A stretch of DNA of 46,594 nucleotides. Origin: Thermoplasmata archaeon. Its GTDB lineage: Archaea; Thermoplasmatota; Thermoplasmata; Thermoplasmatales; Thermoplasmataceae. The translations under genes were made by a program, and so were the position numbers. Position 1 is the first letter of the stretch. Each line of letters begins with the position of its first letter. The notes under the pieces were generated by a model that saw only the letters and a list, made by a program, of their open reading frames with translations, was not told the origin of the DNA and made no database searches. Positions 46,392-46,594 of this stretch are shown here, one piece after another. Location: positions 1-46,594 of the forward strand of contig JAKAWY010000003.1 in the NCBI GenBank assembly GCA_021816745.1, in the 5' to 3' direction.

Positions 46392-46594
46392 CTAGATAAA
46401 TTTCAGGATTTCACTTATTTCTTTTATTTTATCATCAAAAACGGCAATATCTCTTTCTTCTCCATGTGTTACAAGAAAGCATCGGATGTTAAGAATCTTT
46501 GCAGGGATCATATCATTCAGCGAATCTCCCACCACCATTGTGTTTCCTCTTGAAGTCCCCATTCTTGACATTGCCAATTCGTATGCTTCTGTTG
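46392..46594 (-). CDS. HAD-superfamily hydrolase, C-terminal part (gene continues beyond the window end)
   Basis: HAD motif IV VVGDSLNDM lies near the window edge. The N-terminal part of the protein must lie past 46594. Confidence 0.55.
   Translation of the reverse strand, partial: TEAYELAMSRMGTSRGNTMVVGDSLNDMIPAKILNIRCFLVTHGEERDIAVFDDKIKEISEILKFI

Noticed and set aside
1-46594. CRISPR arrays, rRNA genes, IS/transposase genes
   Set aside because: No regularly spaced direct repeats, no rRNA-like conserved stretches and no transposase/integrase motifs (DDE, tyrosine recombinase R…HxxR…Y) were seen in any frame.

Overview
This 46.6-kb window looks like chromosomal DNA from a low-GC, cell-wall-less acidophilic archaeon, probably Thermoplasmatales-like. 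Three observations support that: archaeal-type riboflavin genes (ribB-ribL-ribC-ribH), an intron-containing tRNA-Tyr, and TATA-box, leaderless-style gene starts. Genes are tightly packed on both strands. In order, the window contains: (1) a polytopic membrane protein and tRNA-Cys; (2) an AT-rich stretch with small membrane ORFs; (3) a minus-strand glycosylation operon (rhodanese, GT2, GT4, NAD-epimerase, GT4) facing two large sequon-rich polytopic membrane proteins that may be GT-C-like; (4) a ribbon-helix-helix (RHH) protein with an unknown partner; (5) pyrB-pyrI; (6) an alpha/beta hydrolase; (7) sulfate activation genes (sat, Fe-S APS/PAPS reductase) divergent from a ComA-like phosphosulfolactate synthase fused to a winged helix, plus a B12-binding radical SAM enzyme; (8) an all-alpha CxxC protein with an overlapping TRASH/YHS metal-binding mini-protein; (9) tRNA-Pro; (10) aIF5A-agmatinase; (11) SRP (7S) RNA; (12) an HD dNTPase-like protein; (13) GNAT; (14) the riboflavin operon; (15) a three-gene module of an unknown protein, an SPFH(Band7)-like protein with four zinc ribbons, and a zinc-ribbon protein sharing Gly/Met-rich linkers; (16) an Nre-like protein with an SplB-like radical SAM (DNA-repair pair); (17) ALDH, a ThDP enzyme and an MFS transporter; (18) a GH15 glucoamylase; (19) tRNA-Tyr followed by an AT-rich islet carrying a Doc/Fic toxin, a PD-(D/E)xK-like protein and a small membrane protein; (20) a cupredoxin-Rieske-cytochrome b respiratory cluster; (21) a partial HAD hydrolase at the window edge. 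No CRISPR array, rRNA or obvious transposase was seen. The best candidates for undescribed biology are the SPFH/zinc-ribbon/GM-rich trio, the sulfite-to-sulfonate-like cluster (sat/cysH + ComA-wHTH + B12-rSAM), the all-alpha/TRASH pair and the glycosylation locus with two giant membrane proteins. All functional calls come from motifs read directly in the translations; nothing was searched against a database.
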